A stretch of DNA of 64,000 nucleotides from Candidatus Latescibacterota bacterium (GTDB lineage: Bacteria; Latescibacterota; UBA2968; SICM01). The translations under genes were made by a program, and so were the position numbers. Each line of letters begins with the position of its first letter. Position 1 is the first letter of the stretch. Location of the stretch: assembly GCA_965217865.1 (NCBI GenBank), contig CBDCJO010000001.1, positions 448,001-512,000 of the forward strand, in the 5' to 3' direction. Positions 30,909 through 41,900 of the stretch are shown piece by piece. The notes under the pieces were generated by a model. The model saw only the letters and a list, made by a program, of their open reading frames with translations, made no database searches and was not told where the DNA came from.

Positions 30909-32143
30909 TGGGAGATCCGGTGCGGAGGAGATGGTTCGCCGGGGTGATTGGGGCTTTATTATGTGCCGTTGTCCCCTCCTTCAGCAGCGAGATCAAGGCC
31001 GACTTCGACGGGAACGGTATCGTCGATCTCGATGATTTTTTCCTCTTTGCGGAACACTTTGGACAGATCCTCGACCAGCCCGGCTTCGACCCGACTTTCG
31101 ACATCATCGGCGACGGGCGGATCGACCAGAACGACTTTTTTTTCTTCGCGGAAAACTTCGGCAAACGGTCTGGTGATCCTCCCCCCGCGGGACCTCTACA
31201 CACCTATATCTACATAGCGGATGCCACGGACAACGGTGTATCCGTAGTGGACGCCGCGACCAATCTGGTCCTCAGCTACATCCCCTTCCGGTCTCCCTCA
31301 AGCGTTGCCGTTTCCAGCGACAATCTTAGCACCTATATCGTCGATGCCTTTGTCTTTGTCGTTCTTCTAGATGACTTCTCCGTCGATTACACCCTCCCGA
31401 TGTTTGATGGGACCCACGTGGCCGTTTCTCCGGACAATCGGCTGGCCTTTGTAACCCAGGCCTCCGCCGGCAATGTTATTTTCATCGATCTTGAAAAAAG
31501 GGCCGTTGTCGACACCGTTAGCGTCGGTTTCTCACCCTTCGGCGTCGCGATATCCACCGACGGCCGTACCCTCTACATCGTGAACACACAGTCCGGAACC
31601 GGATCCCTCTCCGTCATAGACATTCCATCGAGAGCCGTGAAGGACACCGTAGAATTTGAAACCCAGCCCGGGCTGATCGTTGTGTCGCCGGATGGGAACA
31701 GAGGATTTCTGAACAGCGGAAGCAGTGGAGCTATATCGGTGTTGGACCTCCAGTCCCACCGGATTGTAGGGATGATCCAGACCGACGGGGAGATGGTTTT
31801 CGGAATGGATATTTCTCCGGATGGATCGACACTTTATGCTGGGGCGGGCGGAGATGTCCTCTTCATCGATGCGGATCGCAATCTGATTCGGGAGAGGATC
31901 ACGGTCGCTGACGAGACAGGTCCCTTGAAGGTCTCTCCGGATGGTCGACGAATCTATATATCGGGCTTTCGGCTCTCGGGAGGAGGTGCGGCGATATACG
32001 TGATCGATGTAGCTTCAAAGGAAATCATAGGTAAAATTCGGGGGTTTGAATTTCCTTTTGATATCGCTTTTCGAACCACCTCTACTGAAGTGCCTGCCGC
32101 CCGCAGGAACAAACCCGTCTTTGAATCTCTCCAGAGGCTCTAA
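30908..32143 (+). CDS. Secreted EF-hand/dockerin-like plus YVTN beta-propeller protein
   Basis: Signal peptide, two DFDGNG.VDLDDFF-type motifs, SPDG repeats. Confidence 0.85.
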   Translation: MGDPVRRRWFAGVIGALLCAVVPSFSSEIKADFDGNGIVDLDDFFLFAEHFGQILDQPGFDPTFDIIGDGRIDQNDFFFFAENFGKRSGDPPPAGPLHTYIYIADATDNGVSVVDAATNLVLSYIPFRSPSSVAVSSDNLSTYIVDAFVFVVLLDDFSVDYTLPMFDGTHVAVSPDNRLAFVTQASAGNVIFIDLEKRAVVDTVSVGFSPFGVAISTDGRTLYIVNTQSGTGSLSVIDIPSRAVKDTVEFETQPGLIVVSPDGNRGFLNSGSSGAISVLDLQSHRIVGMIQTDGEMVFGMDISPDGSTLYAGAGGDVLFIDADRNLIRERITVADETGPLKVSPDGRRIYISGFRLSGGGAAIYVIDVASKEIIGKIRGFEFPFDIAFRTTSTEVPAARRNKPVFESLQRL

Positions 32144-32176
32144 GTTTTTTTCCAATTTTCGACCCCTGGATATCCT

Positions 32177-32404
32177 ATGCTGGAAAATGCCTTTATCTAT
32201 GTCCCGGATTCCGACTATGTCGTCCACATCTGCGAACATCGGCATATGGATATCCCCCTGAATGATCGAACCGAAAGGGGGGAGCCGTGTGGTTTCTGCC
32301 AGCACTGTGGCATCAGATTTGTGCATCGATCCCTCGAAGCCCTGGCAGCCATGAGACGGGAGGGGATCCTTCGCGACCGGATCCAAAAAAACTTTCCTTT
32401 TTAA
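32177..32404 (+). CDS. Small Cys/His-rich putative zinc-binding protein
   Basis: CEHRH...CGFCQHC; fills the gap between co-directional genes. Confidence 0.5.
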   Translation: MLENAFIYVPDSDYVVHICEHRHMDIPLNDRTERGEPCGFCQHCGIRFVHRSLEALAAMRREGILRDRIQKNFPF

Positions 32405-32491
32405 ACAATCCCTTCGCGGCTGCTGTTCATGCCCCATCTGGATCCGATTCTTACCCACCGAACCGCTTCCTGGTTAATTCCTTAAAACCAG

Positions 32492-34381
32492 ATGTCAAAA
32501 CCCCTGAACCACATTTTCGATTCCTTTCAAGCAACTTGCTACTCCGGAATCCACCCCCACAGATGTCCCCGTTTCACCCTGGGACCGGCTTCCTCTGTGC
32601 AAGTTCTTTTATCCGTCGCGTTCCTCATCCTGCTTCTTGCAGGTTACGGATGCGGCCGGAAATCAACCCCGCCTGAGATTCGTCGTCTGATCTCTGGCCC
32701 CGGGCCTGTGCGGAACCCCTCCATCTCTCCCGACGGATCGATGATCGCTTTCCAGGTTGGCGAATCGGATCGCTACAATCTCTGGACAGCCCCCATCTCC
32801 GGGGGGAAATCCAAACAACTGACCCGATTCGGTGGGACGAAACCGGTCTGGTCCCCCGAAGGATCTCGGGTGGCCTTCGAGTCCACTCGGTCCGGAAACA
32901 GCGATATCTGGATCATCTCTGCAGGAGGCGGGGCACCCACTAGGGTGACGGTGGACTCCGGTGCCGATTGGGGACCCCAGTGGTCGCCTGACGGCAAATG
33001 GATCGCGTTCCAGTCCAATCGGGATTCTGCCGCGATCTGGGGGTGGAACCTTTCCGAGGACCGGGTGGTTCGGATGAGCGGAGTCGGAGGCATCAACCCT
33101 AAATGGGCTCCCGATAGCCGGCGGATCGTCTATCAGGCTAAGTCCACGGAAGGAAACTGGGAAATCTATACCGCGGATGTGGGTCGAAGACGGATCGTCG
33201 AATTGACTTTTGGCGGGGGGGCAGACGTCGACCCTGTCTGGTCCCCGGACGGGGACCGGATCGCTTACCGGTCCATTTCGAAAACGGGGGCGGATATCTT
33301 CCTTGTGACGGAAGGGGAAAAACCGTTCCGTTTGACGAAAAACTGTGGGGCGGACAGCCCGCCGGTTTGGTCACCTCGCGGGGATCGAATCGCCTTCGTG
33401 TCTTACCGCTCGTGGAACAGCATCGTCCTCGTTCCAACCGAAGTCAAAACGCCTGTCGCGGTCTTCCCCGCACCCGCAAATTCACCCGAGGTGATACTGC
33501 GTGGGTTGATGAACCCCTCCTCACCCTTGTGGTATCACGACGGGGATCGTATCCTCTTTTGCGCAAGATCGTCCGACCTTTGGACCGCTCAAGCAGATGG
33601 GGGGCCTCCCAGCCGCGTTACCGAGGACATCTTCGAGGATCGCAAGCCGGATGTCTCCCCCGACGGGTCACAAATCATCTTCGAATCGAATCGTCTGGGC
33701 GACCCCGGTCTCTGGTCGATCTGGAAAGGGGATGAGCTCCCCAAACCTTTCCTCGTCCGGGATACCATCGACGCCCATCCACGCTTCTCGCCAAACGGAA
33801 AATGGATCGCGTTCACGTCCCGAAAGGACCGGGATTCGGACATCTGGGCGGTTTCCCCCGATCGGTCCGACTTTCGCAGAATGACATCTGGAGGCGGCCT
33901 GAAAGGCAGGCCCACCTGGTATAAGGACAGTAAGCAGATCATCTTCGAATCCAAGCGATCGGGAATTTGGGCCCTCTGGGCCCTAAGGCCGGATCAAACC
34001 GCCTTGGCCCCCGTCATCCGGAAACCGAGCATGCGGCCCGCATGGTCGCCCGATGGGCTCTGGCTTGCGTATCAGTCCGATCGGGATGGAAATCAGGACA
34101 TTTACTTGACACAGATGCGAACCGGCGATGAACGGCAACTCACCTTTAGCGGGGGGCGTGAGAGCGATCCCGCCTGGTCCCGTAATAGCAAGCGAATCGC
34201 ATTCGTCTCCGACCGGGAAGGAGACGATGACATTTTCGTGACCTCAATCTCGGGCGATAGCCTCAGGTCGGTTACCTCCGGTCCCGAGGACGATATCGAA
34301 CCCACCTGGCACCCTGACGGGAAACGCATCATATTCGTCAGGTTAGAACAGTCCGCCATCTGGTCTGTCTCTGTCCCATGA
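32492..34381 (+). CDS. TolB-like double beta-propeller (PD40 repeats), probable lipoprotein; start uncertain
   Basis: About 12 PxWSPDG..IAF repeats; LAGYGC lipobox-like motif. Confidence 0.88.
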   Translation: MSKPLNHIFDSFQATCYSGIHPHRCPRFTLGPASSVQVLLSVAFLILLLAGYGCGRKSTPPEIRRLISGPGPVRNPSISPDGSMIAFQVGESDRYNLWTAPISGGKSKQLTRFGGTKPVWSPEGSRVAFESTRSGNSDIWIISAGGGAPTRVTVDSGADWGPQWSPDGKWIAFQSNRDSAAIWGWNLSEDRVVRMSGVGGINPKWAPDSRRIVYQAKSTEGNWEIYTADVGRRRIVELTFGGGADVDPVWSPDGDRIAYRSISKTGADIFLVTEGEKPFRLTKNCGADSPPVWSPRGDRIAFVSYRSWNSIVLVPTEVKTPVAVFPAPANSPEVILRGLMNPSSPLWYHDGDRILFCARSSDLWTAQADGGPPSRVTEDIFEDRKPDVSPDGSQIIFESNRLGDPGLWSIWKGDELPKPFLVRDTIDAHPRFSPNGKWIAFTSRKDRDSDIWAVSPDRSDFRRMTSGGGLKGRPTWYKDSKQIIFESKRSGIWALWALRPDQTALAPVIRKPSMRPAWSPDGLWLAYQSDRDGNQDIYLTQMRTGDERQLTFSGGRESDPAWSRNSKRIAFVSDREGDDDIFVTSISGDSLRSVTSGPEDDIEPTWHPDGKRIIFVRLEQSAIWSVSVP

Positions 34382-34444
34382 ACGACCTCTCGAGATGAGA
34401 TTATAAGTCCTCACGGTATCCCGGGATGGCTTCTGGAGGCTTGC

Positions 34445-36517
34445 TTGTATCGTCTTGGCGTCGACATCGGCGGAACCTTTACAGACCTGGTTCTCTTTGA
34501 TCAGCGGACGGGAGAACTGATCCGGGAGAAACTCCTGACCCCGGATACCGACCTGTCCGAAGCCGTCTTGGAAGGTGTCCGATCCCTCCTTAAAAAAAGC
34601 GGGGTTTCGACGGATCAGATTTTGAATGCGATTCACGGGACCACCCTGGTTGCGAACACCATCATCGAGCGAAATGGGGCCCTTACGGGGCTGATCACGA
34701 CGAAAGGATTCCGGGACGCTCTGGAGATTGGCCGCGAGGGCCGGTACGACATATACGATCTCTTTCTTGAGCTTCCCAAACCTTTGGTCCCCCGGCATTT
34801 GCGCGTTGAGGTGACGGAACGACTCGATCCCAACGGCGTTGTCCTGATCCCCCTGGAAGAAGAGGATCTTCGTGGCGCCGTGGATCGATTGATCCAGGAA
34901 GGTGTAAAGGCCGTGGCCGTCTCTCTGATCCACGCCTTCCGGAACCCGGAACACGAAAAGCGAATCAAGGCTCGTCTGGAAAGGATTCAACCCGACCTGT
35001 CGGTGTCGATCTCGTCGGAGGTGGTTCCAGAGATAAGGGAGTACGAGCGAACTTCAACCACCACCGCCAACGCCTATGTACAACCCGTTGTATCTCGCTA
35101 CCTGAACGGACTGGAGGATCGACTGTCGGAGTTGGGCCTCAAAGGTCGACTCTACGTTCTCCTCTCGGATGCAGGACTGGCCACCTGCGAAACGGCCAGT
35201 GCGTTTCCCGTTCGACTCGTCGAATCCGGACCCGCAGGCGGCGTCCTGGCGGGTCTCCATTACGGCCAGCAGTGCGGGGGGGATCATATCTTCACATTTG
35301 ACATGGGGGGGACAACTGCGAAAACCGCGCTGATCGACCGGGGGGAGCCGTTCCTCGTCAACCAGACCGAAGTTGCCCGGATCTACCGGTTCAAGAAAGG
35401 GAGCGGACTCCCGCTTAAGGTCCCGGTGGTGGAGATGATCGAGATCGGGGCAGGTGGGGGGAGCATCGCCCGCGTTGACGGCATGGGCCTCTTGAGGGTA
35501 GGGCCGAACAGCGCCGGGGCTCACCCGGGCCCTGCCTGCTACGGTTTCGGGGGGGGCGATCCGACGGTCACGGACGCGGACCTTGCACTGGGTTATCTGA
35601 ACCCGGATTTTTTCCTCGGCGGACGGATGGGGTTGCGTCTCGATCTTGCCGTGGACGCCATAGAACGCGTCGTGGCGGGATCGCTCAACCTCACGCTCAA
35701 ACGAGCGGCGTGGGGGATCCACCAGATCGTCAACGAGGGGATGGCTAACGCTGCCCGCATTCACGCCGTTGAGCGAGGACGGGACGTACATGCGTACACC
35801 CTCGTGGCCACCGGGGGGGCCGGACCCGTCCACGCGTGCGGAGTGGCTGAACGCTTACGGATGAAGACCGTCGTCTTTCCGGTCGGAGCAGGAGTGGCTT
35901 CCTCGTTCGGATTTCTCCTGGCCCCTGTGGCATTCGATTTTGTCAAAACCTTCTTGGGGCGTTTATACGATTTGGACGTGGGTGTCATCTCTGGCCTCTA
36001 TCGGGAGATGGAGGAGACCGGAAGGGACACGCTTATCCAAGCAGGCGTCAAACTCGGGGAAATCCGATTCCTGAGGACTGCGGACCTGAGATATGTCGGT
36101 CAGGGATCTGAAGTGCGCTGTCCGATTCCCCCAGGTGAGGTTCCGCTCGACTTCCAGAAAGTCTACCAGGCTGCCTTCGAAGATGAATATCGACGGCTCT
36201 ACGGCCGCATCTGTCCCGATATGGATGTCGAGGCGGTCAACTGGCGCCTGCGCGCAACGGGCCCGAAACCGGATGTCCATTCTCCAGGCGTGAGGGTCTC
36301 CGGATCAGGGGGGACCATCAAGGGATATCGGGAGGTCTGTTTCCGTGAGGAGGAAGGCTTCATCTCCTGCCCTGTATACGACCGGTATGAAATACCGCAG
36401 GGTTCCGAACTTCCGGGTCCAGCCGTAGTCGAGGAACGGGAATCCACGGTCCTGTTGCTTCCGGGCTGGAATGCCCGCATGAACGAATATGGTAGCCTGG
36501 TGGCGCAGAAGGGTTGA
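34445..36517 (+). CDS. Hydantoinase A / oxoprolinase family
   Basis: DIGGTFTD, HGTT, EYERTSTT, ESGPAGG, DMGGTT, IGAGGGSIA. Confidence 0.93.
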   Translation: MYRLGVDIGGTFTDLVLFDQRTGELIREKLLTPDTDLSEAVLEGVRSLLKKSGVSTDQILNAIHGTTLVANTIIERNGALTGLITTKGFRDALEIGREGRYDIYDLFLELPKPLVPRHLRVEVTERLDPNGVVLIPLEEEDLRGAVDRLIQEGVKAVAVSLIHAFRNPEHEKRIKARLERIQPDLSVSISSEVVPEIREYERTSTTTANAYVQPVVSRYLNGLEDRLSELGLKGRLYVLLSDAGLATCETASAFPVRLVESGPAGGVLAGLHYGQQCGGDHIFTFDMGGTTAKTALIDRGEPFLVNQTEVARIYRFKKGSGLPLKVPVVEMIEIGAGGGSIARVDGMGLLRVGPNSAGAHPGPACYGFGGGDPTVTDADLALGYLNPDFFLGGRMGLRLDLAVDAIERVVAGSLNLTLKRAAWGIHQIVNEGMANAARIHAVERGRDVHAYTLVATGGAGPVHACGVAERLRMKTVVFPVGAGVASSFGFLLAPVAFDFVKTFLGRLYDLDVGVISGLYREMEETGRDTLIQAGVKLGEIRFLRTADLRYVGQGSEVRCPIPPGEVPLDFQKVYQAAFEDEYRRLYGRICPDMDVEAVNWRLRATGPKPDVHSPGVRVSGSGGTIKGYREVCFREEEGFISCPVYDRYEIPQGSELPGPAVVEERESTVLLLPGWNARMNEYGSLVAQKG

Positions 36518-36627
36518 ATCGTCTTTCGTGATTCATCGCTCGTAGCCCCGGCAAAAAGCCGAGGGTGATCTTATTCCCAAATTTGCAATTTTCACTTTGC
36601 AATTCCTTTTCCCGACTGGAGGTTTCG

Positions 36628-38325
36628 CTGTCCGAATTTGATTCAATCGCCCTTGAGGTGCTCTGGAACCGGCTCATCTCGATCGTCAACGAGCAGGCGG
36701 CAGTGCTGATCAACACCTCATTCACGACCGTCGTCAGGGAAGCGGGGGACCTTTCCGCAGCGGTGTTCGATGCAGACGGCAAGATGCTCGCACAGGCGGT
36801 CACCGGAACCCCCGGGCATATCAATCCCATGCCCGCCGCCATCCGGCATTTCTTGAAGTCGTACCCCCTCGACACCCTCGAACCGGGGGACACCCTCATC
36901 ACCAACAACCCCTGGTTCACCGCCGGCCACCTGAATGACCTCACCGTGGCCACCCCCGTTTTTTTCAAAGAGCGACCTGTGGGTTTGTTCGGAAACATCT
37001 GCCACGCCATGGACATCGGGGGACGAACCTTCGGGGCGGAGGCACGTGAGGTGTTCGAAGAGGGGCTTCACATCCCACCCCTCAAATTATACCGAGGCGG
37101 GGAACCCAACAGCGACCTGTTTTCAGTCATCAGGGCGAACGTCCGGGTCCCGGACGCTGTCGTGGGCGATCTCCACGCACAGGTGACCGCAAATGAGGTC
37201 GCCGGGCGTAAGCTCGTCGATTATATGGAAGAGTACGGCCTCCACGATCTCGTAGCGCTTTCCGATGCCATTATCTCTCGTTCTGAGAAGGCGACCCGAC
37301 TTGCGATCGAGGAAATCCCCGACGGCGTTTACCCTTATCGGATGGAGACAGATGGTTTTGATGATCCGATTACGATTCAGATCGCAGTCACGGTCAAGGG
37401 CTCCGAACTGGATGTCGACTACTCCGGCACCTCGCCTCAATGCGGGTTTGGGATCAATGTGGTTTTCAACTATACCCAGGCCTATACGATTTACCCCCTG
37501 AAATGCGCCATCAGTCCTGAAATTCCGAACAACGAGGGAAGCTTCCGTCCAATCCGCGTCCGCGCACCCGAGGGATCGATTCTGAACTGCACCCCTCCTG
37601 CCGCGGTCAGTGCACGACATCTGATCGGGCATTTCCTCTCCATGGCCGTATTCGGAGCCCTTTCGAAGGTGATCCCGGAGCGGGTCATGGCAGAGGGTTC
37701 GGCGGGTCTCTGGAACTCCGAAATAGAGGGAATCGACACCAAGGGAAAACCGTTTGCTTATATCTTTTTCTCAGCGGGGGGCACCGGGGCGCGTCCCAAC
37801 AAAGACGGTCTTTCGGCAACCGCTTTTCCGAGCGGAATCACAGGCGTCCCTGCCGAGATCATCGAAAACGTTTCACCCATCACGATGTGGAAAAGGGAAC
37901 TGCGACAGGACTCCGGTGGACCGGGGAAACGGCGTGGGGGTCTGGGACAGACGATGACGCTGGAGGTTCGTGGCTCTCGTCCAGCGATCCACTCTTGTAT
38001 GTACGATCGGATTCGATTCCCGGCTCGGGGATTCGGCGGAGGGCTGGAGGGTGCCGCCGGAGAGGTGGTGATGTCGGACGGAACGCATCGACACCCCAAG
38101 CGGAAATACGAACTGCAACCCGGTCAGCGGGTGACGCTTCGACTGCCTGGTGGAGGGGGATTCTATCCCCCATCCGAACGGGACCCCGACCTTGTCCTGG
38201 AGGACGTGATTGCAGGTCTGGTATCGATGGATCAGGCGAAGGAGTTCTATCGTGTCATCGTCGATCTTCCGACCCGGTCCGTGGATCGGGCTGAAACCAG
38301 GAAGCTTCGGGGAGATGGCAGGTGA
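36628..38325 (+). CDS. Hydantoinase B / oxoprolinase family (inferred CTG start)
   Basis: F...VREAGD, GHLND, EEGL.IPP, DSGGPG..RGGLG, PGGGG. Confidence 0.92.
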   Translation: MSEFDSIALEVLWNRLISIVNEQAAVLINTSFTTVVREAGDLSAAVFDADGKMLAQAVTGTPGHINPMPAAIRHFLKSYPLDTLEPGDTLITNNPWFTAGHLNDLTVATPVFFKERPVGLFGNICHAMDIGGRTFGAEAREVFEEGLHIPPLKLYRGGEPNSDLFSVIRANVRVPDAVVGDLHAQVTANEVAGRKLVDYMEEYGLHDLVALSDAIISRSEKATRLAIEEIPDGVYPYRMETDGFDDPITIQIAVTVKGSELDVDYSGTSPQCGFGINVVFNYTQAYTIYPLKCAISPEIPNNEGSFRPIRVRAPEGSILNCTPPAAVSARHLIGHFLSMAVFGALSKVIPERVMAEGSAGLWNSEIEGIDTKGKPFAYIFFSAGGTGARPNKDGLSATAFPSGITGVPAEIIENVSPITMWKRELRQDSGGPGKRRGGLGQTMTLEVRGSRPAIHSCMYDRIRFPARGFGGGLEGAAGEVVMSDGTHRHPKRKYELQPGQRVTLRLPGGGGFYPPSERDPDLVLEDVIAGLVSMDQAKEFYRVIVDLPTRSVDRAETRKLRGDGR

Positions 38326-38906
38326 GGATGCCGTCCCGACGTGATTGACCGGAAAGCGATCTTACTCGTTTATTGATTGGACATATCGGTTTCTCGATCC
38401 CTAACTTACTGATTTAATTAAAAATCGCCCAACTCTGACCATCCCGGATCCGACTCAGATATTTTTCTACATCTTGAGTCTTCCCCGTCGGCACCCCTCG
38501 ATATGGTGGTCAATTTTACGCTTTTAGAAAAAATTTCTAAGGTTTAAAAGACGGAATATTCTGTCAGTTATCCCATCCCCCGTCCGGGTTGATCGGAAGT
38601 TCAAGTTGACTTTCCGACAAAAATGATTAACTTATAATTCGAACCGCGATCCCCCAAGGCCCTTTCCCCGGGGGGTCCTTCCCCGATCCTGTCGCGGATC
38701 CCAGCCGCTACTTCGAAATTTTGATCCTGACCATTTAAGTTGATGATTATTCAAGCCCTACAGAACTATTCCTCTTCGGCCAGATGGCGGTATTTCGGAG
38801 GTTTCAAATAAGCTTTTCCTGAAAATAAGTTTCCGCTCCTCCTCCCTCTCCTGACTGGCCGTTGCCCCGCACCACCCTCTCGCATTAAAGATTCGGACTC
38901 CTCGAA

Positions 38907-41900
38907 ATGGGATCATCAGATTTCGTCCACCTGCACAGCCACACGATGTACAGCCTCCTCGACGGTGCCTGTCGGATACGCGACATCGCAAGTCTGGCTC
39001 AGGAATATGAGACCGAAGCAGTTGCCATGACGGATCACGGCAACCTTTTCGGGGCGGTCGAATTCTACAAGGAAATGAAAAAGGCGAACCTCAAGCCCAT
39101 TATAGGATGCGAGGTCTACGTCGCCATTGAGGACCGGTTCAGCAGGAAAGCTGCTCGTGGCGTCCCGTCGGGTTCAAACCACCTCGTCCTGCTCTCCAAA
39201 AACCAGACAGGCTATCGGAACCTGGTGAAACTCGTTTCGAAGGGCTATCTCGAGGGATTCTATCACAATCCTCGCATCGACAAGGGACTTCTCCGAGAAC
39301 ACGCTGATGGCCTAATCTGCCTTTCAGGATGCTTGAGCGGAGAGGTGGCCCACCTCATATCCGAAGAGGGTTACCCGGCGGCCCGTAAGGCCGTCCTGGA
39401 ATACCGAGAGATTTTCGGAGACGACTATTTCCTGGAGATCCAGCGACACGGGATCCCCCGGGAAGATAAGGTAAACAAAGGCCTCCTGAAGCTTCACAAG
39501 GACCTGGGGATTCCCCTCGTGGCCACCAATGATTCTCATTTTCTGAGACGGGATGATCACACAGCTCACGACGTTCTCATTTGCGTCCAGACCGGGAAAA
39601 CCCTATCCGATGCCAACCGCCTCCGTTACAGCCAGGAGGTTTATTTCAAGTCCCCCGGTGAGATGAAAGAACTCTTCAAAGACCTACCCCAGGCCATCGA
39701 GAACACCATCCGGATTGCTGAGGAATGTAACTTCGACATGAGTTTCGGAGAATCCGTACTCCCGGAGTTTCCGCTTCCGGACGCCTATGATCGACCCGAA
39801 GCCTACCTCTCGGATCTTGTCCAGGAAGGCCTGAGGAGCCGTTGCGGTTCGATCACCCCCCAGATGGCCGAACGCATCGACTACGAACTGAAGGTCATTG
39901 CCAAGACCGGTTATGCAGGCTATTTCCTGATCGTCAGCGATTTTGTCCGCTATGCAAGGGAAAATCGCATCCTCGTAGGGGCCCGGGGATCTGCAGTAGC
40001 CAGCCTGGTGGCATACGCTTTGGGTATCACCAGTGTGAATCCGCTGACCTACGGACTTTTCTTTGAACGCTTTCTGAATCTCGAACGTGTCTCGATGCCG
40101 GATTTTGACATCGACATCGCCGACCGGGACAGGGGAAAGATCATCGACTACGTGAAGAAAAAATACGGAGCCCAAAACGTTTGCCAGATTATCACATTCG
40201 GAACCCTTGGGGCAAAAGCAGCGGTCCGGGATGTCGGACGTGTCCTCGGGCTTTCGTTCGGGGAGTGTGACACGATCGCAAAACTGATCCCCACGGATCT
40301 CAAGATCACGCTCGACCGGGCAATCGATCAGGTCCCAGAGCTGAAGGCGATGACCGAATCCGAGGGTATGAAAAAGGATCTCCTCGACCACGCTCGGAAA
40401 CTGGAGGGAATATCTCGTCACGCATCGGTCCACGCAGCCGGTGTGATCATCACACCAAAACCCCTCCTCGAGTATATCCCCCTCTACAAATCGGCAAAAG
40501 ACGGTGAGGTCACAACCCAGTTTACCTTCACACAAGTGGATGAGCTGGGTCTCCTCAAAATGGACTTCCTGGGGCTACGGAACCTGACGGTCCTCGATGA
40601 CACCGTCCAGATGCTGGCCGAGGACGGAACGCATCTCGATCTCGACCGGCTTCCTTTCGACGATCCGGCCACGTACGGCTTGTTCGGACGGGGGGATACC
40701 ACGGGGGTCTTCCAGTTCGAAAGCGAAGGGATGCGTGAGTACCTCAGGAAGCTGAAACCAGACCGGATCCAGGACCTGATCGCGATGAACGCCCTCTATC
40801 GTCCGGGACCGATGCAGTACATCGACCAGTATATCGCCAGAAAACACGGAAAAGAACCCGTGACCTACGCCTATCCGGACCTGGAGCCTGTCCTGGAGGA
40901 AACCTATGGTGTCATCACCTATCAGGAACAGGTCATGCACGTTGCCCGCGATCTGGCCGGATTCAGCATGGGACAGGCGGACATCCTCCGAAAAGCGATG
41001 GGAAAGAAAATCCCCAGCCTCCTGGCCGAACAGAAGGCGCTGTTCTTGCACGGAACCAGGGAAAGGGAGATCCCAGAAAAGATCGCGTTGAAGATCTTCG
41101 AGGACATGGCCGTCTTCGCGGGATACGGTTTCAACAAAGCGCACAGCACCGGTTATGCCGTTATCGCCTACCAGTGTGCCTACCTCAAAGCCAATTTTCC
41201 GACCTTTTTTATGGCCGCAAATCTAAACAGCGAGATCGGAGATATCGATCGGTTGGTCATTCTGGTCGACGCGTGTAGAAGGATGGGCATCGAGATCCTC
41301 CCCCCTGACGTAAACCAAAGCGGGGTGGGCTTCACCCCTGTCGATCGCAAGATAAGGTTCGGGTTGGCTGCAATAAAAAATGTCGGCCCGGTAGCTATGA
41401 AGTCGATTGTATCCGCACGCAAGGAGAAGGGACGCTTCAAAACAATATTCGATCTGTGTGAATCCGTGGATCTGAAGGCCTTGAACAAAAGGGGCCTGGA
41501 GAGCCTGATCTGCGCGGGGGGGATGGACTCTTTGGAGGGGCACAGGGCGCAATTGGTGGCAGGCCTGGATCAGGCGGTGGAGATGGCCCAATCCGCTCAG
41601 TCGGACCGTCTTAAGGGGCAGATATCGCTCTTCGAGGCCGCCATGTCCACACCCGCTGCCAGATCTTTCTCAAACCGGTCCCTGCCCATAACGGACGAAT
41701 GGACGGAGCCACAAAAACTGGCTAAGGAAAAGGAGGTGCTGGGCCTCTATCTCTCTGGGCACCCGCTTTCGCGGCACGCGGATGAGCTAAGGGCCCTCGG
41801 GGTCATGTCTGTGAAGGATGCCAGGGATGTCGCGAACGGCAGGGAGGTGAAAGTAGGCGGACTCCTGTCGGAGGTGAAGAACCACATCGCAAAAAACCGG

